A stretch of 64,000 nucleotides of DNA from NCBI GenBank assembly GCA_023213395.1, contig CM041465.1, positions 205,475,741 to 205,539,740 of the forward strand. The letters are read 5' to 3'. Source of the stretch: Cycas panzhihuaensis (lineage: Eukaryota > Plantae > Cycadophyta). Positions 1 to 13,015 of the stretch are shown in pieces (within the stretch, counting starts at the first letter, position 1; each line of letters opens with the position of its first letter). A program made the translations under genes and the position numbers. Below the pieces are notes generated by a model. That model did no database searches. It was not told where the DNA came from and was given only the letters and a program-made list of their open reading frames with translations.

Positions 1-2704
1 TCTTGTGTAGAAAAACTACCTATACTTTTCTAGTAAAATCATCAATGAAAGAGATGCAATATAGCGTGCCCTTTAGTGAAGGAATGGGCATTGGCCTACA
101 CAAATCAGAGTGTACCAATTGTAATAGATGGCTTGATTTCCACTGACTTTTAGGAAAGGGTTGTCGATGAGATTTGGCAATGATACAAGCTTCACATATA
201 AAGGGCTTAGAGGAAAACTTTGGAAGGTTTGGAAGAGTATTAGAAAGATCTCTAAGTCTATCAATGTGAACATGGCCCATACGAGCATGCCAAAGAGCTT
301 CTGGTGATAACGTTGGATGGGTCAAGATGGAATTAAATGCAAATTCTTCATCAACACAAGGGCTTTGGGTACAATTGGCTTTAGAAGATGGAGAGTCATC
401 CAGTCGAAAGAATTTGCTAGAGAGATGTCCAGTCAAAACTACCTCATTAGTTAGAGGGTGAATGACCTTACGAGTCTGGTCATTTATGGTTATACTCAGA
501 TCAAATCTACGAGAAATAAGTGTAGATGAAGAGATTAGGTTTTGTTTGAGATTGGGTATATATAAGACATCAAGCAATGTAAAATCTTTTAAGCCTGGGA
601 GTTTCAGGCGAATGTTGCCAATTCCTTCAACAGGTTGTTGTGATTTATCAGCCATGTGAATAACTCCATAAACATTTGAGTCAAATGTTTGATATATACT
701 GCGATTATATATCATATGTTGAGTTGCTCATGTGTCCATGATCCATTGTCCATCGATTGAAGCTACACTATTGGCAATTCCAATAGGGCTTGGCATTGGT
801 GAAGGGAATTCACAAGTGATATATCCACACTGAGCTTCAAAGTATCTCTTTGGTTGGTCAATAGCATTTGATGTTGAAGATCCCTCAATTCTTTGAATGT
901 GTGCTTGTACAAAACTTGCACCACTAAAGGATTTTTCACAAGTTTCTTCAACATTGTGAGCTCCATGTTTTGGTTGGAACTTAGCCAACTTATAAGTGGC
1001 AGTTCTGCAATCTTTTGCTAAATGTCTTTACGGTTACATTGATCACACATAATGGTTTGATTACCAGTCCCTGAAGAAGTACTAGTTTGGCCTGACTGTC
1101 TTGCTCTTTGTTAAGATGGCCCTTGGCCTTGAAACTGTCAAGGTTGTGATTGAGGGTTTGATTGACCTTCTGGATGATTTCCCATATTTCTTTCTCTTCC
1201 TCTTACTCGGTTATTTCCTCTGCCACGAGAGGGACCTTAATTTTTTGTGTAGCAAACTTCTTCTTCTACCTCAAAGGCTACATCTGGAAGAGAGTCAGAG
1301 GCTACAAAGTTTATATCAAAGGTCTTGTCAAATTTTATAAACTTTTCGGTAAGTCCTTTGAAGTTGAGTGTCTTCAATGTTCCACTAGATTGAAGACTTC
1401 CAAGCAAGTTTTTATAATCAGGGACATGTAAACATGACTGGATCAAAAATGCCCAAGTGATGCATTAGGTCTTAAAGTCTTTGTCAATTGCTTGTTTGAT
1501 TGGTCGAAGGAGATTTATTGTCTCATGAGCTCATCCCTTTTGCATTTTTAATTTGTTCATTTTCAAAACAAGATGAACAAATTCTAAATCTAACTTTGTA
1601 TCAAAGTTCTTTCTAAGAACATCTAGGACCTTCCAGGCTATATCATATTCCTCTTCGTTTATCAAGCTGTGCAATGAGTGATAAATGACCAACAAAATTC
1701 TTGCACGAATCTTTTCACCATCTATCTCCCATTGTAGTTTAGTTGTAGCATCTGTAAGAGCTGTTGGGGCAGATCCACTCAAAGTAGTTGTTGTAGTCGT
1801 TGCTGGTGTACTGGGTGTAGGTTACAAGTGGGCTCTCCAAAGGCCTTCATACTTTGTAGCATTTTTAATTCTAATGTACCATATATCCCAATTTTCTTTG
1901 CCTTTCAATATGCAGTTCACATTTTGCTTGAATTGAGATGACATGGTGATGATAAAGAAGTAGAAGAGATTATATAAGTATGTGCCACTTACACATGTGG
2001 CTAGTACACCTGGCATAGTAGGGATGTAGAAATGATTTGTTATGATGAGAAGCAAGCAATGATTAACTATTTTTTAATAATTAAAAAAATGAATATAAGT
2101 AATAATTCAACAATGAGACCTAATGTAGAGCTGGCAAAAAGTGGTGATGTGTCATGCCACTAACCTCTCACTTATGTCTAAATGTAGGTGAGCTTTCGAT
2201 GCCTAAGGCTTCTAGTGAACGATTAGGGCCTTCACCCGCAATACCTGCACCTGCGCTTGGTGATGAAATCCAAGTCATAGTAGAGCCCAGGTACTCCCAG
2301 TCCTCACCTAGTTCACCAATGAGTAGCTATATACCTCCTCCGAAGAGTCAAACCAGATCGCGTATCCTACTATGATGAGATATTGGACTGGGTTAATTTC
2401 AATCTTGCATTAAGGTTTTCAATTTTTCGGGGTGGTTATCAGGATTATCCCTGATTGGAGGCCGTAGGTATGGCTAATCTGTCCCTCCACCACTATTCCG
2501 GTTAAGACCAGACCTAGTATGAAACTCACACCTCCCTTAGGGCCTGGACTTCGACCAAGCTTGGTCTATTTCAACCAAGGCAAGTATGCGCACAAGTCAA
2601 GAACTGGCGGTATAGATCATACGAATGAGATTCCTTTGAGGAATAGTGTAAGATGTTTCTGTATAACTGAAAACTGAAATAGAAACTTGCCAAATGTGAT
2701 TGCT

Positions 2705-2796
2705 TGCTTTATTGTTGTTGTTGCTTTTGTGATGCTTTGTTATTGTTGCTGCTTTTGTGATGCTTTATTATTGTTGCTGCTTTTTTGATGCTTTAT
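2705..2796. repeat. 28-bp tandem repeat, about 3.3 copies
   Basis: tgcttt(a/g)tt(g/a)ttgttg(t/c)tgctttt(g/t)tga at 2705, 2733 and 2761, with a partial copy at 2789. Confidence 0.85.
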
Positions 2797-3917
2797 GCTA
2801 TGCATGCAAATAGAAAAGCATGCTAGATTTAGCAGGGGAACTGGATGTTGCTTCTAATCCAAGGTTTTCCTTGCTTTAGTACAATGTTTCCAAATATGAT
2901 TTTGGAAGTTTTGATACAAAAGACATAATGGGCTAAAAAGTGAATCAACTTTCCACTAAAATGATGATTTTTCTAAATCTATATGCATGCTATTTTTCCC
3001 TATTTTATGTTTTTTTCACAAAATTTATAAATAATGATAAATGCGTAATTTTTTAGAAATTACAAATATGAAGGCCTAAATGATAAATCCTGAATTTATG
3101 ACAGAAGGAAAGAGTGTTCATAATGTTGTTTCTGATATATTTGTGAAGTCAAATTTCAGAAAAGGCATAAAAACTTTTCTGCTCGAAAAGCACCAAAGTA
3201 AAATCATGCCAGATCAACTGTCTCAGAATTTGGACTTCAATATGTCAAAATTTACGTTTTGACATGTACATTAACTTTCTCTTTTGCACCATATGCAAAA
3301 TCTACTAAAACCTTGCCTGAAATGCCCTTGCAAGGTCCTTTGTGGGGTTGAGTAGGCAAAATCAGCAACCGTGAGAAAACTGCATAGATCTCACTAACCA
3401 GTGGATGAAATTTGATGATATTTATTTTAAACTAATCTTAAGACATAAATATACCAGATCCCTTAATAAAACTTTTAGATCTTCAGCTTATAATTAAAGG
3501 ATTTCATTAGGAAATGTGCTTTAAATCACTTATCCACAAAATTTACCCTTTTTGTCACAGCCAAAACTCACTATTGTAGGCTAACTCTAAAGTTTCTATA
3601 GAAGACAAAAATGATCCTCTAGTGAAGGTGAACTTGCATGCCAAATTTCATCAAATTATGAGATGGTTGATTTTTTATAAAAATTTGGGCCTTTAATGCT
3701 TCCGAGACTGTTTCGGCAGCTGAACGGCTTCAAAAACCTGTATTCTTCACCTCTAAATTTCTACACACATGTACAATGCAGCAACATGCAAAACACTATA
3801 ATCTTAAGCTCTCAAAATATTAAAAAAAAGGAATGCACTCTCAATACTTCACATTGAAGGTGAAGGAGAGGCAAAATGACTCCATGCAAGTGGAATGGAG
3901 TGAATAGATCCCCTTCT

Positions 3918-3930
3918 GGCTCTGATACCA
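3918..3930 (-). promoter_or_regulatory. Primer binding site (tRNA-iMet)
   Basis: The + strand ggctctgatacca is the reverse complement of TGGTATCAGAGCC, preceded on the minus strand by an LTR-like ...CA-AG. Confidence 0.9.
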
Positions 3931-3932
3931 CT

Positions 3933-5171
3933 TGTCGCAGGTTGTCGTTATACCAAAATCCCCAAGGTGATTTGGAAAGAGGACTTCCTTGTGATAGTTA
4001 GCATCACGCGCTCCAAAAGTATATACTTATTCCTTTGTGTGCTAGTGCATGTATGGTACACAAGCTGTGTATATATTGTTGATCCAGGAGGATCTACCAT
4101 ATGTTTACAGGATGCGAAAAATGTTAGGCATTGGCATGACTAAAAGAGATATGGCCAAATGGTATCAAAATTATATGAAATTTTGTGTAAAGGTAGAAGA
4201 CACATCCCACTAGATGTGTACAAAAGGTGGGGTTCAGAAAATATCATTTGATTAAAGTTCAAGCCTTGTTTTGCACAAAATTAATCCTATAGCTAGCAGA
4301 AAAAAATAACAAATACATATTATTATTAAATGGATAAAAATGCATCCAAATGACATCCAAATGATCTAAAATTTGAAGAAGTGGAGGAGACATACGTTCC
4401 TAAACGTGTACCAAATTTGAGCTGAATTGGGGTCCATTAAGGTTAGTTACAAGCCGCAACTTTTAAGAATTGTATGAAGGCCATTTGGACAGTAGAAAAA
4501 TAGCAAATACATATTATCATTAAATGAATAAAAATGCAGTCAAATGACATCCAAATGAGCTAAAATTTTGAGGAAGCGGAGGGGACATGTGTTCCTATAA
4601 GTATACCAAATTTAAGACAAATTGGAGTCCGTTAAGATCAGTTACAAGCTATAACTTTTTAAGAAATGCATGAAGGCCACTTGGACAACATGCATCTGGT
4701 GGTTAGTGGTTATACTTGCATGATTGCCACTTGTTAAACATGCAATTTTGGTTTCTTTCTATAAATTGAGCCCTATTATGGGTTGGAGAGGTGGTTCTTG
4801 GAGACTTGACTTGGGAAGCATCCTTGGAGAAGCATTTTGGAGGGTTGGAGTCCCACTTATAGTATAATTATATCATTTATTCCTTGTAATTTTACCATTC
4901 TTTTACTAGTTGATTTCTCCACCATTAAATGGAGATTTTCATAGTTTAATAAAAGTACTACTCCTCATACTTTTGGATCAATATCAAGAATAAATGATTT
5001 GGTGTAGAATTTCCTTTCATGGGCTCATTATTGTTTTGATGTTATTGAGATTTCTACACTAACTCCCTGGATCTCAAGGAGAAAAGGTTGATAATTGACT
5101 TCTTCACCAACTAAGCTCTATTTTGGGATCAATTGTGGCAGTCACATCCCTTATCACCATGTAGCGTGACT
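3933..5171. repeat. LTR-like block containing ~195-bp tandem repeats
   Basis: Starts TGTC next to the PBS. Two well-aligned units at ~4297-4491 and ~4492-4689, plus a weaker unit at ~4150-4296. Right boundary uncertain. Confidence 0.5.
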
Positions 5172-5399
5172 TTCCAATTGTATTATTTGATGATTTTTTG
5201 TTAAGTTCAAACATTAGAAATATCATTAATATGTTTAATTGAAGAATTAGAGTACGTGGGTTAAGTGATGAGGTGTTATTGTTCATAAAAAGTTGTAATA
5301 ATTGGAATATACCCTCTAGTATATTCCCCTTAATACACCTTTATAAAATGGCCCTTTTACCATTGATATTACACCATATTTTATAATGTAAAGTACTTT

Positions 5400-8300
5400 G
5401 AGCATATTTGGAGTATTCTTGAGCCATTTTAAGCACGGATCGAGGAGATTTTTTTGTGTTTTAACTTGGAGACCATGCATAATAGCCATGCGGAGCCATC
5501 CTTTATTCTTAGAGTGTCGTTTTAAGTGCCTTAAAGGTTGTTTTTTGACTTTTTAAAAGGTATTTGTTGGTCATTTATAAGGGAAAACAATCAGTGACTT
5601 ACTCAATGCATGTATAGTCAATGTTTGGTGCCCTCTAAAGTGTGCCCTTGACCTAGAGGAGGATACAAGGGTGTACTTTTATCCTAAAGACATTCATTTT
5701 AGTGTTTAACTCATATTGAAGCTCGTTTCTCGAGATGGAGCACATTATACCCAAGGTTATCTTTAATGGTAATAATTTCAGTGAGTGGAAGGCCAATATG
5801 GAGCTCATTTTGATGGTGAATTAATTCTAGATTATCACTAAGGCGAAGGCATACGTGATTCCACTAGGCTATAAAGAGCATGTTTGTCTCGAAGAGAAGA
5901 AATTTATGGCCATGGTATTGTTAAAACTATCACTGGCATCAAACCAGAGAGCTTTAGTTCATAATCTAGATGAACCAGATGAAATTTGGACAAAGTTATG
6001 TGAAACCTTTGAAAAGAAGAAGACAAATAGGCATCTTGCCTTGATGTTGGAATTACTCAATTCACGTGTGAAAGATGAGAATATTAGCTCCTACTTTAGT
6101 AAAATCACAAACTTGAAGAACAAGCTAGAAGAATTGAAGCAGAACTTGATTGATGATGCCTTGCTATTTGCAATAATCATGTCAAAGTTGCCAGCTGCGT
6201 TCGCCACTTCTAGACCATTTATGGTAGTGATAAGGTGATGGAGGCAAAAATATTTAATGGGCTTAAAAACCTAATTCTAGTAGAGAATGTCAAGCTTAAA
6301 TATCATGGAATACGTAGAGGTTCTGATTCAAGTAAGGCTCTAGCCATGAAAACTCAAATGAAGGAGGTCGCTAAGGAGGAGAAGATCACATAAAGGTTAA
6401 GAGAAAGTTTACAAAATAAGAAGAAATTTAACGAAAAATGTAATTATTGCAAGAAGAATGGTCACGACAAGAAGAACTATTGGTTCAAGCATCGTGACAA
6501 GCGTAAAGTTAACTAAGATGATAAAGGGAAGAGTGTTATTACTCATTGCGTTAGAGTACAGACCTTATCAGTCAAGTTAGATTAGAGAGCTTATTGGGTG
6601 CTTGACTCTAGAGCATAGAAGCATTTCTCTTACTAAAGATAGAAATTTGATATGATGAGCAAAAATCAGAGTGGTGCTAAAATTATCCTTGGAGATACTG
6701 GCATCTTGCTGGTGGAAAATATCGACGAAGTATACATTACATGAGGTAAGTTTACCAGGGTATACTATGTACCCAAGATGTAGTTGAACCTTTTTTCAAC
6801 ACAGAAAATCTATAAATAAGGCATGAAGGTAGAGCTCTACAATGATAAATGCCTGATTAAGGATCCAAAGTAGAACTTTGTTATTATTACTACTGGGAAA
6901 GTCAGGGACAACTTTTGGGTGTTTAAAAATTTTCAATCTTAGAAGAATTCATATGCCTTTATTGCCAATGTGGATGACATGAGTAAACTATGGCATAATC
7001 ACCTCAGATATCTTAATTATAGGAGCATTGCACTACTAAAGAGGTTGAAGATAGTGGAAGGATTATCATCAATTTCCTGCTCAGACGGTGTTTATAAAGG
7101 GTGTATGTATGGAAAGCATCATTGCTATCCTTTTACTCAGGATAATACCTAGAGAGCCAAGAAGAAGCCGGAGCTTGTGTACTCAGATATAATGGGACCA
7201 CTCCTTAACCCTTCGATATCAAGAACTTGATATACCCTTGTGTTTGTGGATAATTACACTAGGAAGGCCTAGGTCTACTTTCTCAAGAATAAGTTAGATG
7301 TATTTGATCACTTTTGTGATTAGAAAGCGATGGTTGAAAATGAATATAATAAGAAGATAAAGTCTTTAAGAAGTGATAATGGTAAGGAATACGACAACCA
7401 TGCATTCAATCAGTTCTATCATGATCATGGTATAAAGAAGGAATTTACAGTCTTATATACACCACAACAAAATAGAGTTGCTAAAAGGAAAAACTATACC
7501 ATGATGGAGATAGCGAGGTGTATAGTGCACGCTAAAAACCTACCACCGAAGTTTTGAGCAAAAGCTATAGCGATTGTTGTTTATATTTTGAACCAAGTAC
7601 CTACCCAAGCAATTCACAGCATGATCCCCAAAGAGAAATAGACCAGTTAGAAGTATGTCAATAACCATTTAAGAACTTTTGGGTGTATTGTATATGCCCA
7701 TATCCTAAATGATAACCACAAGAAGCTGGATTAAAAAACTCTGAAGTACATATTCATGGGGTATTGCACTAAGAATAAGGCCTACATACTATGGGATCCA
7801 TAGGGGGAGAAGATTGTGGTCAGTTGGGATGTAAAATTTAATGAGTCATCAATGTATCATACTGACAAATCATCAAAGGAGCCTTTTTACCCCCCCTTCA
7901 CCTTTTCTTAAATTCATCAAGCAAAGAGGATGATGAGTCAGTCGCTAGAACACCTGAGGAAGTAGGACCAAGTGGGATGAGTAATAGTGAGGAGCCACTG
8001 TGAGATAAAGTACCTCCAGTAATGGGCCCTTCAATACCTTTATAGGCAAGGAAGACTCTCGAAGATTCTGGTGTGGCAATATATACCTTAACTAATGATA
8101 GAAGAATAAGAAGTTAGCATGTTAATCGAACTCTGCTGGTAGATACCAATGACTCTAGTGATCTTAATTCATTCAATAAAGTAAAAGGAGATCCATGTTA
8201 AAGAGTTGTAATGGAGGAGGAGTATGGTTCTTTGATGAAGAATGATACGTGGGATTTGGTTCCACTCCCTCTAATGAAAAACCTTATTGGATGCAAGTGG

Positions 8301-10135
8301 GTTTAGACAAAGTTCTACTCTGATAGAGAGGTGGGCAAGCATAAAGCTAGACTTATTGCATAGGGATTCAAGCAAAAAGAAGGAATTAACTATGAGGAGA
8401 CATTTACACCAATATCCAGAATGACAACGGTCTAATTACTCATTTCCTTAGCAGCTGCTTATGGTTGGGAGTTACACCAAATGGATATCAAGTCAGCATT
8501 CCTTAATGGAGATCTAAAGGAGGAGATCTATATGTCACAGCCTCTAGGATTCATTAAGGTTAGCCAAGAGCATCTTGTTTTCCATTTGAAGAAGTTAATC
8601 TATGGCCTGAAATAAGCACTTCGTGCTTGGTATGAAAAGATGGATGTTAAGTTGAAAGCTGAAGGTTTTAAGATTTTAGAACTTGACCTGAACATGTATG
8701 TGAAGAGAAGAGGGACTTCAATAGTTGCTTGTGTGGTGTATATGGATAATTTGATCATCAACGGTAATTGTGGCAACGCTATTACTAAAGGCAAATATAA
8801 TCTAGAAGCTTCATTTGATATGACAGACTTTGGGAGACTTCACTACTTCTTAGGCAATCAGATCAGGTAGATAGATGACAAGATCATATTGTTGCAGTCA
8901 CAGTATATAAAGAACTTGCTGGAGAAATTTGGAATATAAAACTATAAACTAGTTGCAATACCATATGTAAAAAGCACAAAGTTACAGAAGGATATGGCCA
9001 AACCCTTTGTAGATGGCACAAAGTATTGCCAGTTAGTAGGGAGTCTGATCTATTTGACTCATACTAGGCCAGATATCACATACATTGTTGGATTGGTTTC
9101 TTACTATTTATAGAATCTTTAGGAGCCTCATTTAGTTGTAGTGAAGTGAATTCTGAAGTATCTAAAGGGAGCAATCAATCTTGGTCGTAAATACTAGTGA
9201 GGTAAAAAGATAAGACTACACGACTACATAGATGTTGGGGAGGAGACTCTAACGATTAAAAATCCATTGTTGGATACCTATTTGGTGTTGGTAATGGTTT
9301 CATTTCATGGTAGTCGAAGAAGTAGCAGATAGTGGTGCTATCTTCTACAAAGGTTAAATATCAAGGACTTAGTGCTAATGTGAAGGAAGCTATATGGTTA
9401 CAAGATCTCTTAGAGTTTCAAATAGACATCCATTTATCTTTGTTGATAATCAGAGCACCATTCATCTGTTAAAGAATCTAGAGTTTTATATGCATATGAA
9501 GCATATCGAGATTCATCACTATTATATTCATGAATAGATCAAGTCAGGGAAGTTATAGGTCTACTATTGTTTGAGTGAATTCTAGCTTGCATACATGTTC
9601 ATCAAGCCACTTACTAAAGATCAATTCATGAAGATGCATACTAGACTAGGATTCACCAATGTTATCCTTAGGTGGGGGGATGTATTCACAAGGATAAAGA
9701 AGTTGTAGGATAGTCTCAACCTTCACGATAACACAACTATTGTAGTTGATAGGCTCCCCACATTCACATTAAGGGGGGATGTTAATGTGATAGTTATTTA
9801 TTAAGCCACTAAGTTAATGTTAATGTGGTTTAACTAAGGTGATTAAATAGAAAATATGACTTATTCAGAGGGTCACAGCCCTAATCGAGTGACACCTCTT
9901 GGAAGAGTATAAAAGCCTTAAGGCCTTCTATATTCAAAGCATCAAATCAATTATGCAATAATTAATGTGATCCATCGGGGATCCTTTTGTTATGGATTTT
10001 TTCCTAAAAGGGTTTTCCCACATAAATCATGTGTACTATGCATCTATTTTCTATGTGTATCCTTATTTGCTAGTTGTGTATAGTTAAATATTCTGCGGAT
10101 GGGAACATTTATTTCTGATTCCATGTTCCTGAATA
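5400..10135 (+). mobile_element. Ty1/copia LTR retrotransposon, degenerate, 5' LTR not found
   Basis: Gag start ATGGAGCAC near 5735; knuckle CNYCKKNGHDKKNY at ~6440; INT (LWHNHL...GCMYGKHH, SDNGKEY, TPQQN); RT (VYMDNL for YVDD); RNase H to ~9680; PPT 9769-9779; 3' LTR 9780-10135. Confidence 0.9.
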
Positions 10136-13015
10136 GGTCAAAAAATCTATGTAGAATTTTTTCTGGTTAGGGTTATTATTTTTTAAATATGTAAGTTAAT
10201 TTTAATCATATTGAAATCTATTTCATATTTGCAGATGTGAAACAAAGGTAAGGTAGATTTGATCATTTTTACAAGATCAAATTTGAGTTTAACAATATTG
10301 GATTATGATTTGAAGTTTGTCACCCCTCTAATGGTTAAGCCCTTTAGTCCTATGGAATCTTAATATGACCTATTGCTACTCTATTAAAAGGGCTAAAGTC
10401 TTAATGACTTTAATTATTTTTTCATAAAGAGGTTGTGTTACAGTTTTTGTAATATCTCTTTAACCAGGTATTCATTTTACAAGTTGTTTAAAGTATTGGA
10501 ACTGTATTTTAGAGATGGTCAATTTGGTATATAATTTGAGATATTTTGTTATTGATTTGATAGAGTTATTTTAGTTTGAAGTAAACAAATAAATCATGTG
10601 TGATGTACTCGTATTCAACTTATTATCATAATTATGGAGTTAGATGATATCATCTATTTTGTGTCTAAAAAAATGAGTACTACTTAACAGATCTTCCTTT
10701 TTCTTTACCTGAGTATATAGGAACAAATTACAGTTATTTGGCAATTAAGATGGAAATCATATTTATGTAGAAGAGGTTATGGATAATCATCACGAATGGT
10801 TATAATGCCTTAATTGATGTAGAAGAGGAAGAAAACTTTAAAAAGAAGAATAAAATAATAATTGATATTATGCTTACTATATTAAATAAAGATGAGCTTC
10901 TTCCACCTTACCATTTTCTTATCTCTACCATTCATCATATTGAAACTACTAAAGAAGCCCAGAACTTCTTGAAGAATGTGCATGAAAAGACCCCTAAAGA
11001 GGTGCAAGAGATTATTAAAAAGGCAAATAGTTTTTGTGATATAGGTAAAAAGGATGAACAATTTACAAAAGATGCAGAAGAAAAAATTTCTCTTGAAGGA
11101 CAGGTTATGTACAACAACCTATCCAAGAATTAGAAAAATAAGTTGAAGAGAAAAGCCAAAAAGACGAATGCAAATAATTAGGTTGGTTCTAGTAAAAGTG
11201 AATCTCACATAGATTCATCTAATATTTTTTATGATAAGGAAGATGAAAAGGTATATGAACCTATTTCTAAAATAGGTCCTCTATTGATGAAGAAATAAGT
11301 GAATATAATGATGGTTATGATAAGGTAATTTCTACAAATGAACTTATTAATGATTATATTAAGGTAACAAATGAGTCTAATGATTTAACTCTAGATTATT
11401 TTTCAGAATATAAGAAAGAATAAGAAAATGAAGAACTAAAGACTTAGAAGAAAATTATCTTACCCACATTTTCTTCTAACATCTTGAGTTATAATACTTT
11501 GACAAAAAAGAATATATTATAGATTATTAAGAAGATGGAACTTAATCTTGAATCAACCTGTAAGCATGAAAAATCTAAAGTTGTTTTCAGATAGCCTTTT
11601 TCACAAGTGATAGAAGATGGAGACATAGTTGACTTAATGGAAGATTTGGATAGTGTTGCCATAATTTCTATTGATAGAATTGTTATTAAAATTGAACTGA
11701 CATTAGGTCACACAGTTGTACGTCTATACACATAATTCTTTATGGTTTTATTTGATATGGCATCATTTCCTATTCTTGTCATTGAAGAAGTTTAAGTTGT
11801 ATTAACATATCTAGCAAAGACACTAGAAATTTTCTTTAAAGAAAGGAAGGATACTTTAGCAGAAATTAGAATGCTGCTTGGCCAAAATCTTATAATAGAA
11901 TGTATTTACATAAATTGTTATATGCTTCTAATAGGTTTTTTTAATCATGAAGTTGAATCGTATTATGGTGTCATGTTGTCTTTATGTAACTATAATAGTT
12001 ATTAGAAAGCTTGTACTTATGATTGTGACAAAAATTCTCTGTGTTCAAAGTATCAACAACTTCCTTGGATGGTGAGAAGGAGACAAAATAAGTTAACCAA
12101 AAATTTTATTAAACTATGACTAGTACCAAATACTCATGATCACAAAGAAGAAATCATCATCTATTCTTCTTCTTCAAGAGACCTTTTACTAGTTTATTTT
12201 TGGAGTTTTAGTATATCTAAAGAAGATGATTATAGTGATAGAACTCATACTTACTAATTTGGAAGTAAATAAGGAGAAATCCTTTTATTCCTCTTTAAGA
12301 AAATTTTAAAGTTCAAATCATGTCTTATCACTTTTTATTTTGGAGATAATGATCACTAAAAGGTATCACACCTGAAATATGGTCTTTTATATACAATTAC
12401 AGTCACAAACTCAAGGCAATTCAAAATCCAAAGAATAAGAGATGATAAAATGGGTGATTCAATAAAGATACTACACAGGAATAAAGAGCACATTAGGAAC
12501 CATTGTCATATTCTAGAATCAGCTAAAGATGAAGATAGAGCTCACAACATTGTCTTCAAGAAGATACTAAGATTTAAACATTGTAAGTTCAAAACAACAT
12601 CACATGTTAAGTCATATGTCAATTCTTGTCAGTCCTTAGTACTTAGTATCATGATGTCTTTAATATTCACTCTTTTTATTGTCTTAATATTAAACATTAA
12701 AAGGGGGTGTTAAGAGTTAATGTTTAATGTGTTTAGGAGAATATTATATTTAGGGTTATTAATATGTAGAACTTAAGGTGTATTGTAATTATGGTCTATA
12801 GGTTAGCATTAATGTTAATATTAGAGGTCTAATAGAAGTGTTATGTCAAGTTATTAAGTGTGATTAAGCACATCTTTATGTGTAACACTTAATTAGTAGG
12901 TAAAGCAATTATCAATTTTGGTTGGAGGAGTTAGAGGTAGACCCAAGTATAAACATGTGCTCAACTCCTTTTCAAAATTATGAATATAACCAGATTTGAT
13001 ATCCATGTTTTAACA
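10136..13015 (+). mobile_element. Non-autonomous gag-only (TR-GAG/LARD-like) LTR element remnant
   Basis: Copia-gag-like N-terminus at ~10710-10860 (LPEYIGTNYSYLAIKMEIIFM*KRLWIIITNGY), then no pol motifs; PPT AAAAGGGGG at 12699-12707; LTR 12708-13015 with TGTTAA...TTAACA termini. Confidence 0.6.

Larger units (their letters stand above)
1..3932 (-). mobile_element. Ty1/copia LTR retrotransposon, degenerate (PBS, long leader, gag-PR-INT); runs off the left edge of the window
   Basis: PBS TGGTATCAGAGCC at 3930-3918. Gag N-terminus MSSQFKQNVNCILKGKENWDIW near 1944; decayed CCHC knuckle at ~1010-1050; protease QWIMDT*ATQHM; integrase LWHARMGH...CEAC...LVHSDLC...FIDDFTR (ORF 20-715). Stops and frameshifts present. 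Confidence 0.9.
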
